Numbered from the stretch's first letter, positions 45,111 to 56,272 are shown. The stretch: DNA of 64,000 nucleotides from an uncultured beta proteobacterium (GCA_963828945.1 CAWHHA010000024.1:29586-93585), one strand, 5' to 3'. The notes: a model not told the origin generated them from the sequence alone. Program-made: numbers and translations.

Positions 45111-46489
45111 TTCGTCCCTTCCCGCTCTGCGGGTTCCATCCAGTCCCAGCTCAATTCGCCAATCGCCTGCGCCAGCTCGGCACGCGCCACGCGCAGTCCC
45201 AGCTGGGTCAGCAACTGGGTGTAGCGCGCCTGCGCCAGGCTGGCCTGCGCGCTCAGCACGTCGAGCAAAATACCGAGTCCCGCCTGGTAGCGACCGAGCG
45301 CCAGTTTTTCGGCTGCCGCCGCGCTTTCCACCAGATCGGTGCTGCGGCTGTCCGCTGCGGTTTCGGTTTGCAGACGGTGATACGCCTGCCACACGTCGAG
45401 CGCCACCTGATTGTTGACGCTGTCGCGATCCACCGCCGCCAGTGCAGCCTGGGTTTGTGCGGCCTCGATCTGATAGGTGCTGCGATAGCCGGTGAACAGC
45501 GGAATGGTCAGGCTGAGTCCCAGACTGGAACTGTTGGCCGCCAGCGAATCAAAATCCTGCCGCCGCGCATTCACAAACGCCGACAGACGCGGCATGCCAT
45601 CGGCCCTGGCGCTCTGCACACCCGCCTCGCGCGCCTGCAGCGTGGCCTCCGCCGCACGCAGTTCGGGCCGCCGGCTGCGTGCAGCCTCGATCAGCGCATC
45701 CACCGCGTTGTTCATGTCCAAGGGCTGGCTGAATGCCCACTCGTTATCGACTACGCTGAAGCGGTTTTGGCTGGCGTCGCCCATCAACGCCGCCAGTTCG
45801 CCCTGCAGGCGCGCGGCCACCCCTTCGGCACGGATACGCTCGATCTGGCGCTGGGTGAACTGGGTTTTGGCCTGCAGCCGGTCGACCGGAATCGCGGTGC
45901 CCGCACCCACCCGCGCGTCGGCGGCCTTGAACGCAGCGAGCGCCGAGGCTTCGACCTCGCGCGCAGCGGTAATCGCGGCTTGCGCCGTCAGCAAATTGAA
46001 ATACGCGGTGACCGTTTGCAGATACAGCACGCGCACGCTGGCTTCATGGCTGGCAAGTGCTGCAGCCAGCAAGGATTCGGCTGCATCGCGGCGGGCGTCG
46101 CGGCCGCCGAAGTCGTACAGCAGATATTGCGCCTCCAGGCCAATTTGCCAGGTGGTGTAATCGTTCGGCAGCACGCTGTCGCCGTCGCGTGCCAGGCTGC
46201 CGTTGACCGACACGTCGGGCAGATAGGCGCTGTTCGCCTGCCCCAGTTCGGCCGCACGCAGCCGCGATGCCAGCCAGGCGCTGCGGGTGACGGGATTGGC
46301 GCACAAGGCACGTTCCACCGCGTGTGCCAGCGTGATTGGCCCCGACAACGCAGCGATATTGCATACCGCAGCCGGACGCAAGTCAGCCGCTGGCGACGGC
46401 AGCACACGCGGAAACACCTCAAAGGGATCGGCAGCCGAAGCCGCGCCGCTGAGCACCATCACCAGCAGCAGGGAAAGTCGTGAGTTCAA
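45107..46489 (-). CDS. TolC-family outer-membrane efflux protein
   Basis: Signal peptide, two OEP repeats (YLPDVS...LYDFG; SRRPEL...IPLFTG), RYQAGLG. Confidence 0.92.
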   Translation of the reverse strand: MNSRLSLLLVMVLSGAASAADPFEVFPRVLPSPAADLRPAAVCNIAALSGPITLAHAVERALCANPVTRSAWLASRLRAAELGQANSAYLPDVSVNGSLARDGDSVLPNDYTTWQIGLEAQYLLYDFGGRDARRDAAESLLAAALASHEASVRVLYLQTVTAYFNLLTAQAAITAAREVEASALAAFKAADARVGAGTAIPVDRLQAKTQFTQRQIERIRAEGVAARLQGELAALMGDASQNRFSVVDNEWAFSQPLDMNNAVDALIEAARSRRPELRAAEATLQAREAGVQSARADGMPRLSAFVNARRQDFDSLAANSSSLGLSLTIPLFTGYRSTYQIEAAQTQAALAAVDRDSVNNQVALDVWQAYHRLQTETAADSRSTDLVESAAAAEKLALGRYQAGLGILLDVLSAQASLAQARYTQLLTQLGLRVARAELAQAIGELSWDWMEPAEREGTK

Positions 46490-46530
46490 AATATCAGGGA
46501 GTGCCGGAAAAACCAGGTTGAAAAGCCTTA

Positions 46531-46560
46531 TGTAGAATCACAGTGTATCGATTCAGTTCC
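46531..46560 (-). promoter_or_regulatory. Possible sigmaE/ECF-type promoter for the exporter operon
   Basis: GGAACTG-17nt-TCTACA about 40 nt upstream of the TolC start. Confidence 0.3.
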
Positions 46561-46640
46561 CGCTTGCGGGAGCAAAATGCTGAAATGGTGCCGCGCATTT
46601 TACGGACTCCGCCTCTATCGCCACCCGGCCTCCCCACGCC

Positions 46641-47453
46641 ATGCCCGAATTACCCGAAGTTGAAACGACCCGTCTGGGGCTGTTGCCACGCCTGCAAGGC
46701 CGCACGCTCACGCGCATCGTGGTGCGCAACCCGCGCCTGCGCTGGCCGGTGCCAGACGATCTGGAGGTGCAACTGGCGGGGCAGACGCTGAAGGGGCTCA
46801 CCCGGCGCGGCAAATACCTGCTGTTCGATTTTGGCGCGGTCACCCAGATCGTGCATCTGGGCATGTCGGGCAGCCTGCGCTTTGCCGAACCCCGGGAGCC
46901 CGCTGCGCTGCACGACCATGTCGACTGGCAGTTCGACGACGGCACCACGCTGCGACTGCGCGATCCGCGCCGCTTTGGCGCGGTATTGTGGACAGACGAC
47001 GTGGCCCGTCACCCCTTGCTGGCGCATCTGGGACCGGAACCGCTCACCCCGGATTTCGACGCCGCCTATCTGTACGCGCAATGCCAGCGCCGCAGCGCCG
47101 CCATCAAGCAGGTCATCATGGACGCGCAGGTGGTGGTCGGGGTCGGCAATATTTATGCTTCCGAGTCGCTGTTCCACGCCGGCATCCGCCCCGCCACCGC
47201 CGCACGGCGGCTGAGCCGGCCCGCGTGTGCGCGGCTGGTGGCGGCCATCAAGCAGGTGCTGACCGCGGCCATCGCCGCAGGCGGCAGTTCGCTGCGCGAC
47301 TACGTTCACAGCAGCGGCGAACTCGGCTATTTTCAGCTACAAACACGGGTGTACGACCGCGCAGGCCTGCCGTGCAAAACCTGCGCCACGCCAATCCGGC
47401 GTATCGTGCAAGGTCAGCGCGCCAGCTTTTACTGTCCGCACTGCCAACGTTGA
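46641..47453 (+). CDS. mutM: Formamidopyrimidine-DNA glycosylase
   Basis: MPELPEVE, HLGMSG, GVGNIYASE, C-terminal CxxC...CxxCQ zinc finger. Confidence 0.98.
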   Translation: MPELPEVETTRLGLLPRLQGRTLTRIVVRNPRLRWPVPDDLEVQLAGQTLKGLTRRGKYLLFDFGAVTQIVHLGMSGSLRFAEPREPAALHDHVDWQFDDGTTLRLRDPRRFGAVLWTDDVARHPLLAHLGPEPLTPDFDAAYLYAQCQRRSAAIKQVIMDAQVVVGVGNIYASESLFHAGIRPATAARRLSRPACARLVAAIKQVLTAAIAAGGSSLRDYVHSSGELGYFQLQTRVYDRAGLPCKTCATPIRRIVQGQRASFYCPHCQR

Positions 47454-47531
47454 TACGCCCCCTTCCATGGCAATCAAGTTTGTCATTAACATGTCGTTAA
47501 ATATCCGTGCTTTACCTGATCAATTGGCCCC

Positions 47532-49496
47532 ATGACCCCCACCACCCTGGTTGACGAATTCGAGCACTACAGCCGCTGGCGCGATGCGGTGTACGTACGC
47601 GTCGAGGCGCTGCGCGACTGGCTCAGCACTCAAGAACTTAATGATGCCGAATCCGAGATGCGGCTGAACCAGTTGCTCGGTCGCCTGCAGGAAGACACGC
47701 TGAACGTGGCCTTTGTTGCCGAGTTTTCACGGGGCAAATCCGAACTCATCAACGCCATTTTCTTTTCCGATTACCGGCAGCGCGTGCTGCCGTCGTCCGC
47801 CGGGCGCACCACGATGTGCCCCACCGAGCTCTATTACACGCCACTTCGCGCCCCCTCGCTGCGCCTGTTGCCGATCGAAACCAAGATCCAGCCCGGCAGC
47901 CTGGCCGATTTCAAACACGATGCGACGGCCTGGTCCGAATTTCCACTCAATCTCGATTCGGCCGACGAAATGAGCGCCACGCTGATGCGGCTGGCCGACA
48001 CCCAGCGCGTCGATGCCGCCACCGCCGAAGCGTACGGCCTGATCAACCCGGAAGATGAAGAAACCGCCCGCTACCTGGCGCATGACGGGCACATCGAGAT
48101 TCCGCGCTGGCGTCATGCACTGATCAATTTTCCGCATCCGTTGCTCAAACAGGGGCTGGTCATCCTCGATACGCCGGGACTGAACGCCATCGGCACCGAG
48201 CCGGAACTCACGCTCAGCATGCTGCCCAATGCCCATGCCGTGCTGTTCCTGCTGGCCGCCGACACCGGCGTGACCAAGTCTGACATCGAAATCTGGCACC
48301 ATCACATTGCGCCGATTGACGGCGCCAGTCGCGCACGCCTGGTCGTGCTCAACAAAATCGATGGACTGTGGGACGAACTCAAAACGCAAGCCGAAATCGA
48401 CGCCGAGATCGCCAAACAGGCCGCCAGCAGCGCGGCGCTGCTCGATCTGCCGATCAACCAGATTTACCCGGTGTCGGCGCAAAAAGCCCTGGTGGCCAAA
48501 GTGCGCGGGGATGCCGCTCTGCTGGCAAAAAGTCGTTTGCCCGAGCTGGAAGCGGCGCTGACGCTGGAACTCATTCCATGCAAGCAGGCTCTGGTCAGCG
48601 AATCGTCACAACTGGTCGTCGAAGACGTCGTGGTTAAAACCACGGAGTTGCTGGAAACCCGGCTCGCCGCCATCCAGGATCAGGTTGACGAACTGGAAGG
48701 GCTGCGTGGCAAGAACCGTGGCGTGATCCAGGGCATGATGATCAAGGCCAACGAAGACAAGGAACAGTTTGAACGGGGCTTGCAGCAGTTCAATGCGCTG
48801 CGCAATGTATTCGCATCCCAGGTTGCCATTTTGCGCGGCCATCTGGGCATGCCCGCCTTGAAAAAGGAAGTCAGCCAGGTGCGGCAGGCGATGGAAAAAA
48901 GCTATTTCACCGCGGGTCTGCGCGGGGCAATGGGACAGTTCTTCCGCCAGGTTGACGCCAATCTGAACGCGTCAAGCGCCGTCATAAAAGACATTCGCGC
49001 CATGATGGAAGCGATGTACCAAAAATTCAGCGACGAACACGGACTGGCCGCGGTCAGCCCGCCGGATTACAGCTTGGGCAAATATCGCAAGGAAATGACC
49101 CGGCTGGAGCGGATTTTCGATGAGCGCTTCAATACCACGCTCAACATGCTGACGGTAGGCCAACGGCAGTTGACCACACGCTTCTTTGAAACCCTGGCCA
49201 GCAAGGTGGTGCAAGTGTTCGAACTGGCCAACAGCGAAACCGAAGCCTGGCTCAAGGCGACCATTTCACCGATGGAGACCCAGATACGCGAGCATAAGAC
49301 CCAGCTGAAACGCCGCTTCGAAAGCGTCAGCCGCATCCACGCTGCGACCGAAACGCTGGACGACCGGATTGCCGAGCTTGAAGCGACCATCGGAACCGTG
49401 AGCGACCAACTGGACAATCTGGCGCGTATCAACACGCGCATTGCCAATGCGCTGGCCGATGACCTGAGCGGAATGCGGCTGGCCAAAACGGCCTGA
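47532..49496 (+). CDS. Bacterial dynamin-like GTPase
   Basis: G1 AEFSRGKS, G2 GRTTMCPTE, G3 DTPG, G4 NKID, long helical C-terminus. Confidence 0.85.
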   Translation: MTPTTLVDEFEHYSRWRDAVYVRVEALRDWLSTQELNDAESEMRLNQLLGRLQEDTLNVAFVAEFSRGKSELINAIFFSDYRQRVLPSSAGRTTMCPTELYYTPLRAPSLRLLPIETKIQPGSLADFKHDATAWSEFPLNLDSADEMSATLMRLADTQRVDAATAEAYGLINPEDEETARYLAHDGHIEIPRWRHALINFPHPLLKQGLVILDTPGLNAIGTEPELTLSMLPNAHAVLFLLAADTGVTKSDIEIWHHHIAPIDGASRARLVVLNKIDGLWDELKTQAEIDAEIAKQAASSAALLDLPINQIYPVSAQKALVAKVRGDAALLAKSRLPELEAALTLELIPCKQALVSESSQLVVEDVVVKTTELLETRLAAIQDQVDELEGLRGKNRGVIQGMMIKANEDKEQFERGLQQFNALRNVFASQVAILRGHLGMPALKKEVSQVRQAMEKSYFTAGLRGAMGQFFRQVDANLNASSAVIKDIRAMMEAMYQKFSDEHGLAAVSPPDYSLGKYRKEMTRLERIFDERFNTTLNMLTVGQRQLTTRFFETLASKVVQVFELANSETEAWLKATISPMETQIREHKTQLKRRFESVSRIHAATETLDDRIAELEATIGTVSDQLDNLARINTRIANALADDLSGMRLAKTA

Positions 49497-49499
49497 GTC

Positions 49500-49531
49500 T
49501 TACTTGGCCTGGGTTTTACTTGGCCTGGGTT

Positions 49532-49534
<3 letters not shown>
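49500..49534. repeat. 16-bp tandem duplication
   Basis: TTACTTGGCCTGGGTT twice, then TTA, between convergent stop codons. Confidence 0.85.
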
Positions 49535-50287
<753 letters not shown>

Positions 50288-50863
50288 TTACTCCTTGAAC
50301 AGCAGTGCAAAATGCGAGCGCCCTGCGCGCCCGCTGCGCTGGATGATAAGCCCGGGTGGCGCAATCACTTCCGTTCCCTGCTCGACATAAGCATGGCCGC
50401 CGGACTTGAGATGGCTCGCCAGATCGGGGAGCACCCTTGCAGCCAGGCCACTATCGAATGGTGGGTCAACAAAAACCAGATCGAAGACCTCGCGATTGTT
50501 TGCCAGCCAGGCCAGCGCATCGACGCGCAGGATGTCGAGCTGGCTGGCCGCGAGCGTGGCGCGATTGTGTTCCAGCGCGCGGATGGCCTTGGCATCGCGC
50601 TCGATCATGACCACACGCGCCGCGCCACGCGAGGCCGCCTCGAACCCCAGCGCGCCGCTGCCCGCAAACAGATCCAGACACGTCCAGCCCGGCAAGTCCT
50701 GCCCCAGCCAGTTGAACAGGGTCTCGCGCACGCGGTCGGGCGTGGGACGCAAACCGTCGGCGTCGGGAAAATCCAGCAAACGGCGACGGTACTGGCCGCC
50801 GATGATGCGCACCCGGTTGGCGACCCCATGCGCCCGCTGCGGCGCGGCGCGTTTAGCGAGCAC
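50288..50863 (-). CDS. rsmD: 16S rRNA m2G966 methyltransferase
   Basis: LRPTPDRVRETLFNWL, LDLFAGSGALGFEA, DPPF. Confidence 0.96.
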   Translation of the reverse strand: MLAKRAAPQRAHGVANRVRIIGGQYRRRLLDFPDADGLRPTPDRVRETLFNWLGQDLPGWTCLDLFAGSGALGFEAASRGAARVVMIERDAKAIRALEHNRATLAASQLDILRVDALAWLANNREVFDLVFVDPPFDSGLAARVLPDLASHLKSGGHAYVEQGTEVIAPPGLIIQRSGRAGRSHFALLFKE

Positions 50864-52160
50864 CCCCGGCCCCCACCACCACGGTCACCAGCTTGTCGGC
50901 ATCCAGCCGGCGGGCAAACGCCTGTTTCACCGCCGCCACGTCCACCGCATCGACCTTGCTCACCCAGGTATCCAGATAATCCAGCGGCAAGTTGTAGAAG
51001 CCGATCACCGACAGGTAATCGAGAATTTTCTTGTTGCTGTCGATGCGCAGCGGAAAACCGCCGGTCAGGTTGGATTTGGCCTGCGCGAGTTCGGCCTCGC
51101 TTGGCCCCTCGGCGATGAACTGCCGCAGCGTGTCCCTGGCCACCTTGAGCGCGTCGTCCGTCTGCTCGAGCTTGGTCTGCAAGCCGAGCTGGAACGGCCC
51201 GGCCTCCTGCATGGGGATGAAATAGCTGTAGGTGCTGTAGGCATAGCCCCGTTTGTCGCGCACTTCCTTCATCAGCCGCGAATCGAAGCCGCCGCCGCCC
51301 AGCACATAGTTGCCGACATACAGCGGAAAGAAATCGGGATCGCTGCGCGCCATCCCCACCGCGCCCACCAGCACGTGACTTTGCGTGGACGTGTGCGCGA
51401 TGCGCGCGTCGGAAACCGGCGCCGGAACGGGTTGCGGCAGCCCGGCCACCCGCGCCGCCGTCGACAAGCCCGCAGCCAGGCGGGTTGCGATGGCCTCGGC
51501 TTCGGCGCGACTGATGTCGCCCATCAGGGCAATCACCGCACTCGGCGCGCTGTAATGCGCGCGGTAAAACGCCTGCAGGTCGCCGCGCGTGAGCTTTTCG
51601 ATCGCAGCGGGTTCGCCCGACTCATCGTGCGCATACGGATGCGTGCCGTACAACGCACGATAAAACGCCTTTTCGGCGACGGTGCCAGGGTCGGCTTCGG
51701 CTTCACGAATGCCAGAAATCAGGCGTTGTTTTTCACGCTTGATGACGGCCGGTGGAAACTCAGGCTGTTGCAGCACCCGTGCCAGCACCTCCAGCGCAGC
51801 GGTTTTTTCGGCAGGGGACGACAGCGTGCGCAGGGTGACGCCGGCGCGGTCGCGGTCGAACGCGCCGCCCAGCTGGGCACCGACATCAGCCAGACGATGC
51901 GCAATTTCGGTGTCGGTCAGCCCGCCCGCGCCTTGGTCGAGCAAGCCGTGGGTCAATTGGGCCAGCCCTGGTTTGTTGGCCGGGTCGCGCGCGCTGCCGC
52001 CCGGAAAATCGACCGAAATATCCAGCATCGGCAGCTCGTGGCTTTCGACGAAATAGACCCGTGCACCCTGCGGAGTTTGCCAGTTCTGGATGGTGATCGC
52101 AGCCTGCGCCGATAGCGGCAGCCCCAGCACCAAGGCACACACAAACCGTTTAATTGACAT
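50853..52160 (-). CDS. M16B peptidase, non-catalytic subunit
   Basis: M16 family, lacks HxxEH, has LGGGGFDSRL...VR..RG.AY motif, signal peptide. Confidence 0.88.
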   Translation of the reverse strand: MSIKRFVCALVLGLPLSAQAAITIQNWQTPQGARVYFVESHELPMLDISVDFPGGSARDPANKPGLAQLTHGLLDQGAGGLTDTEIAHRLADVGAQLGGAFDRDRAGVTLRTLSSPAEKTAALEVLARVLQQPEFPPAVIKREKQRLISGIREAEADPGTVAEKAFYRALYGTHPYAHDESGEPAAIEKLTRGDLQAFYRAHYSAPSAVIALMGDISRAEAEAIATRLAAGLSTAARVAGLPQPVPAPVSDARIAHTSTQSHVLVGAVGMARSDPDFFPLYVGNYVLGGGGFDSRLMKEVRDKRGYAYSTYSYFIPMQEAGPFQLGLQTKLEQTDDALKVARDTLRQFIAEGPSEAELAQAKSNLTGGFPLRIDSNKKILDYLSVIGFYNLPLDYLDTWVSKVDAVDVAAVKQAFARRLDADKLVTVVVGAGGAR

Positions 52161-53508
52161 GACGCACTCCCGGCACCGCCGCGCGACGCGTCTGCGGTTT
52201 CAAATCCTGTGGGTCGAGTTCGGCCACGCTCAATTGATCGTCTTTCAGCCATTGCTGCGCAGCTGCCTGCACCTCCTGGGCGGTCACCGCACGCAATTTG
52301 TCGACCCGGCGCGCCAGCGCCTCGGGTGGCAATCCGGCGATGGCGTATTCGCCCAGTTGCATCGCCTGATAAAACAACGAATCGCGCTGGTAGACATCAG
52401 CCGCAATGACTTGTGCCTTGACCCGTGCAAGCTCGGCCGCGTTGATGCCTTCGCGCTGGATACGTCCGATTTCGCCACGAATGGCTTGTTCCAGCATGGC
52501 AACCGATTTGCCCGGCGCAGGCGTCGCGTCGATCATGAACATGCCCGGCCCACGTGAAACCGCGTCGTAGCCTGCGCTCGCGTTCACCGCGATCTGCTGC
52601 GTTTTAACCAGGGATTTTTGCAAGCGCGCCGAGTCATTACCGCTCAATACGCCGGCCAGTATTTGCAGCGCGTAAGGCGTGGCGTCCTTTTGCCAGTCCT
52701 TCAAGCTCGGGGCGTGCCAGGCCATCAACAGGTAAGGCAACTGCGCCGGCGCTTTGACCACGATGCGCTTGCTGCCGACCTGCACGGGTTCAAGCTGCGG
52801 CTTGCGCTCAGGCAACGCACGCGCCGGCAATGCACCGAAATATTTTTTGGCCAATGCAACCACTGCGTCGGCCTGCACATCACCCGCCACCACCAGCGTG
52901 GCGTTGTTCGGCGCGTACCAGCGCGCATACCAATCGCGCGCGTCCTGCCCGGTCATGTTCTGCAAATCGTCCATCCAGCCAATGATGGGGCGGCGGTAGG
53001 GGTGTGTTTGATACGCGCTCGCCATCAGGCGCTCGTACACCACTGATTGCGGCTGGTCGTCGGTGCGCAGCCGCCGTTCCTCCATCACCACCTGGATTTC
53101 CTTGGCGAACAGTTCGTCGCTGATCACCAGGTTCGCCATGCGATCGGCTTCGAGTTGCATCGCCAATTCCAGCCGGTCTTTCTGCATTTGCTGGAAATAC
53201 GCAGTGTGATCGCGGCTGGTGAACGCATTCTCGCGCCCGCCTGCTGCTGCGATTCTTTTCGAGAACTCACCCGGCGGCACGTCTTTCGTGCCCTTGAACA
53301 TCATGTGTTCGAGCACATGCGCCACGCCGGTAGTGCCGTTGAATTCGTCCATCGACCCGGCGCGATACCACACCTGCGACACCATCACCGGCGCGCGATG
53401 ATCTTCCTGCACGATCACCCGCAGGCCGTTATCCAGCGTGACATCCGTCACCGCTGCCTGCGCGCCGCCCACCGCGAGCGCCAACACGATTCCCCACATG
53501 CTCCGCAT
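52150..53508 (-). CDS. M16B zinc peptidase, catalytic subunit
   Basis: GVAHVLEHMMFKGT (HxxEH), NAFTS, signal peptide. Confidence 0.92.
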   Translation of the reverse strand: MRSMWGIVLALAVGGAQAAVTDVTLDNGLRVIVQEDHRAPVMVSQVWYRAGSMDEFNGTTGVAHVLEHMMFKGTKDVPPGEFSKRIAAAGGRENAFTSRDHTAYFQQMQKDRLELAMQLEADRMANLVISDELFAKEIQVVMEERRLRTDDQPQSVVYERLMASAYQTHPYRRPIIGWMDDLQNMTGQDARDWYARWYAPNNATLVVAGDVQADAVVALAKKYFGALPARALPERKPQLEPVQVGSKRIVVKAPAQLPYLLMAWHAPSLKDWQKDATPYALQILAGVLSGNDSARLQKSLVKTQQIAVNASAGYDAVSRGPGMFMIDATPAPGKSVAMLEQAIRGEIGRIQREGINAAELARVKAQVIAADVYQRDSLFYQAMQLGEYAIAGLPPEALARRVDKLRAVTAQEVQAAAQQWLKDDQLSVAELDPQDLKPQTRRAAVPGVRHVN

Positions 53509-53603
53509 GTCACTACCCCTAATTAAATGAGCCCGAATAATAAGCCGTAGCCGAATGATAAGATTAGGCGTTCGTCAAACAGCTGTGCTGACCGCCTCTA
53601 TCC

Positions 53604-54701
53604 GTGTTTAGTTTCTTCAAAAAATCCAAACCTGCTCCCGCGCCGGAAACGACAGCGGCCGAACAGGACGTGCCCGAACCAGCCGCGCCCGAGCAAGTCG
53701 CACCTGAACTCCCCGCGCCGCCCCCCAGCCCCCGCACGCCCGAGGTTCAAGCAGTCGCGGCTCAAACAGACATTGCCGAACCTGCCCGCCCAGGCTGGGC
53801 ACAGCGGCTCAAACAGGGTCTGGCTAAAACCCGCGACCGGCTGGGTGGCCAACTCTCCAGCCTGTTCGGTGTCGGGCGCAAAATCGATGCCGAGCTGTAC
53901 GAGGAACTCGAAACCATCCTCATCACCGCCGATGTCGGCGTCGATGCCACGCAAGCCCTGCTCGATACCTTGCAGAAAAAGGTTCGGCGCGAAGGACTGA
54001 CCGAGGCGTCTGATTTGCAAGTGGCGCTGAAGCAGGCGCTGATTGACCTGTTGCTGCCGTTGCAGGCCCCGCTCGTCATCACGCCGCAGAAGCCTTACAT
54101 TCTGATGCTGGCAGGGGTCAACGGTGCGGGCAAAACCACCACCATCGGCAAGCTCGCCAAGCTGTATCAGTCGCAGGGCTTGTCGGTGCTGCTGGCGGCG
54201 GGCGACACCTTTCGCGCCGCTGCACGCGAACAGTTACAGGTCTGGGGCGAGCGCAACAATGTCACCGTGATCAGCCAGGACAAGGGCGATTCCGCTGCGG
54301 TGATTTTCGACGCCATCCAGGCCGCGCGCGCACGCAACATTGATGTGGTGCTGGCCGACACGGCAGGTCGCCTGCCGACCCAGCTGCATTTGATGGAAGA
54401 GATCAAGAAGGTCAAGCGCGTGATCGAAAAGGCCGCCCCCGGCGCACCGCACGAAGTGCTGCTGGTGCTCGACGCCAACACCGGACAGAACGCGGTGATG
54501 CAGGTGAAAGCATTCGACGATGCGCTCGGCGTGACGGGGCTGGCGTTAACCAAGCTCGACGGCACCGCCAAGGGCGGCGCGATTGCCGCCATCGCCCAGG
54601 CCCGGCCCATCCCGGTGCGCTACATCGGTGTCGGCGAAGGGCTGGATGACCTGCGCCCATTCGATGCCCGTGAATTTGTCGAGGCGGTGTTCACGGCATG
54701 A
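53604..54701 (+). CDS. ftsY: Signal recognition particle receptor FtsY
   Basis: GVNGAGKTTT, DTFRAAA, DTAGRL, TKLDGTAKGG. Confidence 0.98.
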   Translation: MFSFFKKSKPAPAPETTAAEQDVPEPAAPEQVAPELPAPPPSPRTPEVQAVAAQTDIAEPARPGWAQRLKQGLAKTRDRLGGQLSSLFGVGRKIDAELYEELETILITADVGVDATQALLDTLQKKVRREGLTEASDLQVALKQALIDLLLPLQAPLVITPQKPYILMLAGVNGAGKTTTIGKLAKLYQSQGLSVLLAAGDTFRAAAREQLQVWGERNNVTVISQDKGDSAAVIFDAIQAARARNIDVVLADTAGRLPTQLHLMEEIKKVKRVIEKAAPGAPHEVLLVLDANTGQNAVMQVKAFDDALGVTGLALTKLDGTAKGGAIAAIAQARPIPVRYIGVGEGLDDLRPFDAREFVEAVFTA

Positions 54702-55360
54702 TCAGTTTCAGCCAGGTCACCAAACGCTATCCCGGCGGCCACGAAGCGCTGTCGGGCGCCACCCTCGCCATCGAAAAAGGTGAGCTGGTGTTTCTCACCG
54801 GCCATTCCGGCGCGGGCAAGTCCACCCTGCTGAAACTCATCGCCGCCATCGAGCGCCCCACCAGCGGCGTCGTGTCGGTCAGCGGGCAGAACATCAGCCG
54901 CCTGTCGCAGCGTGCGGTGCCCTATCTGCGCCGCAACATCGGCCTGGTGTTCCAGGATCACAAGCTGCTGTTCGACCGCAACGTCATCGAAAACGTGGTG
55001 TTGCCCCTTGATATCGCCGGGCTAGACCGCCGCGAATCGCTGAAGCGCGCGCGCGCAGTGATCGACAAGGTCGGCCTGCTCAACCGCGAAAAGTCCAACC
55101 CGGTCAGCCTGTCGGGCGGCGAACAGCAGCGCCTGTGCATCGCCCGCGCGCTGGTGAGCCGCCCCGCCCTGCTGCTGGCCGACGAACCGACCGGCAACCT
55201 CGACGCGGGCTATGCCGCCGACATCATGACGATGTTCCGCGACTTCCATCAGGTCGGCACCACGCTGGTGATCGCCACCCACGACGAGCGCGCCATCACC
55301 GCACTGGGCGGCCGCACCCTGCATCTCGACCACGGCAAAATCACGGCGGGTGCAGCATGA
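54698..55360 (+). CDS. ftsE: Cell division ATP-binding protein FtsE
   Basis: [25 protein letters not shown]; follows ftsY. Confidence 0.96.
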   Translation: MISFSQVTKRYPGGHEALSGATLAIEKGELVFLTGHSGAGKSTLLKLIAAIERPTSGVVSVSGQNISRLSQRAVPYLRRNIGLVFQDHKLLFDRNVIENVVLPLDIAGLDRRESLKRARAVIDKVGLLNREKSNPVSLSGGEQQRLCIARALVSRPALLLADEPTGNLDAGYAADIMTMFRDFHQVGTTLVIATHDERAITALGGRTLHLDHGKITAGAA

Positions 55361-56265
55361 AGCATTGGCTGCGTCACCAGAAGCATGCGCTCACCACGGC
55401 GCTGCGCCGCTTGTTGTCCCAACCCGTGGTCACCCTGCTCACCGCGCTGGCGATGGGGGTGGCGATCAGCCTGCCGAGCGCGCTGTACCTCATGCTGGGC
55501 AATCTCAACCGGCTAGCGGGCGACCTGCCTGCGCAGCCGGAAATCAGCCTGTTTCTCGCCGCCGATGTCACGCCAGCCCAAAAAAACCTGATCGCGGCCC
55601 GCCTCAAACAGGCGGACATCACGCAGGCACAATACATTTCAAAGGAGCAAGCGCTCACCACGCTGAGTTCTTCACAGGAGCTGGCCGACATCACCGCAGG
55701 TCTGACCGAGAACCCGCTGCCGGACGCCTGGATCGTTCGCCCGCAGGCCGCCACGCCAGAAGCGCTGACACGCCTGGCCAGCGAACTCGGCAAACTGCCG
55801 GGGGTGGCTGAAACCCACCTCGACAGCCAGTGGATCGAGCGCCTGCAAGCCGCACTCGCCATCGGCCGCACCGCGGTGTGGCTGCTGGCCGGCCTGTTTG
55901 CCATCGCGCTCATGGCCATCTCGAGCAACGCCATCCGCGCGCGGGTCTTGAGCCGCCGCGATGAAATCCATGTGAGTCGCCTGATCGGGGCAACCAATCG
56001 CTATATTCGCCGCCCCTTTTTGTATCTGGGCGCGCTGCAAGGCTTGCTGGGTGGCCTCGCCGCAGGTGGCGTGCTGGCACTGGCGGGCAGCCTGTTACAA
56101 GCGCCGGTCGCCCATCTGTCGAGCCTGTATGGAACGAACTTCCAGCTGCTGCCGCCCACCAGCATCGAAATTGCTTTCGTGCTGGCGCTGACGACCCTGA
56201 CGGGCTGGCTGGGTGCCTGGATCGCGGTGACCCGCACGCTGCACCAAACAATAGCCGCACGCTGA
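55357..56265 (+). CDS. ftsX: Cell division permease FtsX
   Basis: ENPLPDA, DSQWIERL, LIGAT...IRRPFLY; ATG at 55357. Confidence 0.95.
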   Translation: MKHWLRHQKHALTTALRRLLSQPVVTLLTALAMGVAISLPSALYLMLGNLNRLAGDLPAQPEISLFLAADVTPAQKNLIAARLKQADITQAQYISKEQALTTLSSSQELADITAGLTENPLPDAWIVRPQAATPEALTRLASELGKLPGVAETHLDSQWIERLQAALAIGRTAVWLLAGLFAIALMAISSNAIRARVLSRRDEIHVSRLIGATNRYIRRPFLYLGALQGLLGGLAAGGVLALAGSLLQAPVAHLSSLYGTNFQLLPPTSIEIAFVLALTTLTGWLGAWIAVTRTLHQTIAAR

Positions 56266-56272
56266 CGCGCAC

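Noticed and set aside
47486-47500. CtrA box (TTAA-N7-TTAA)
   Set aside because: CtrA is alphaproteobacterial; kept only as a generic inverted repeat
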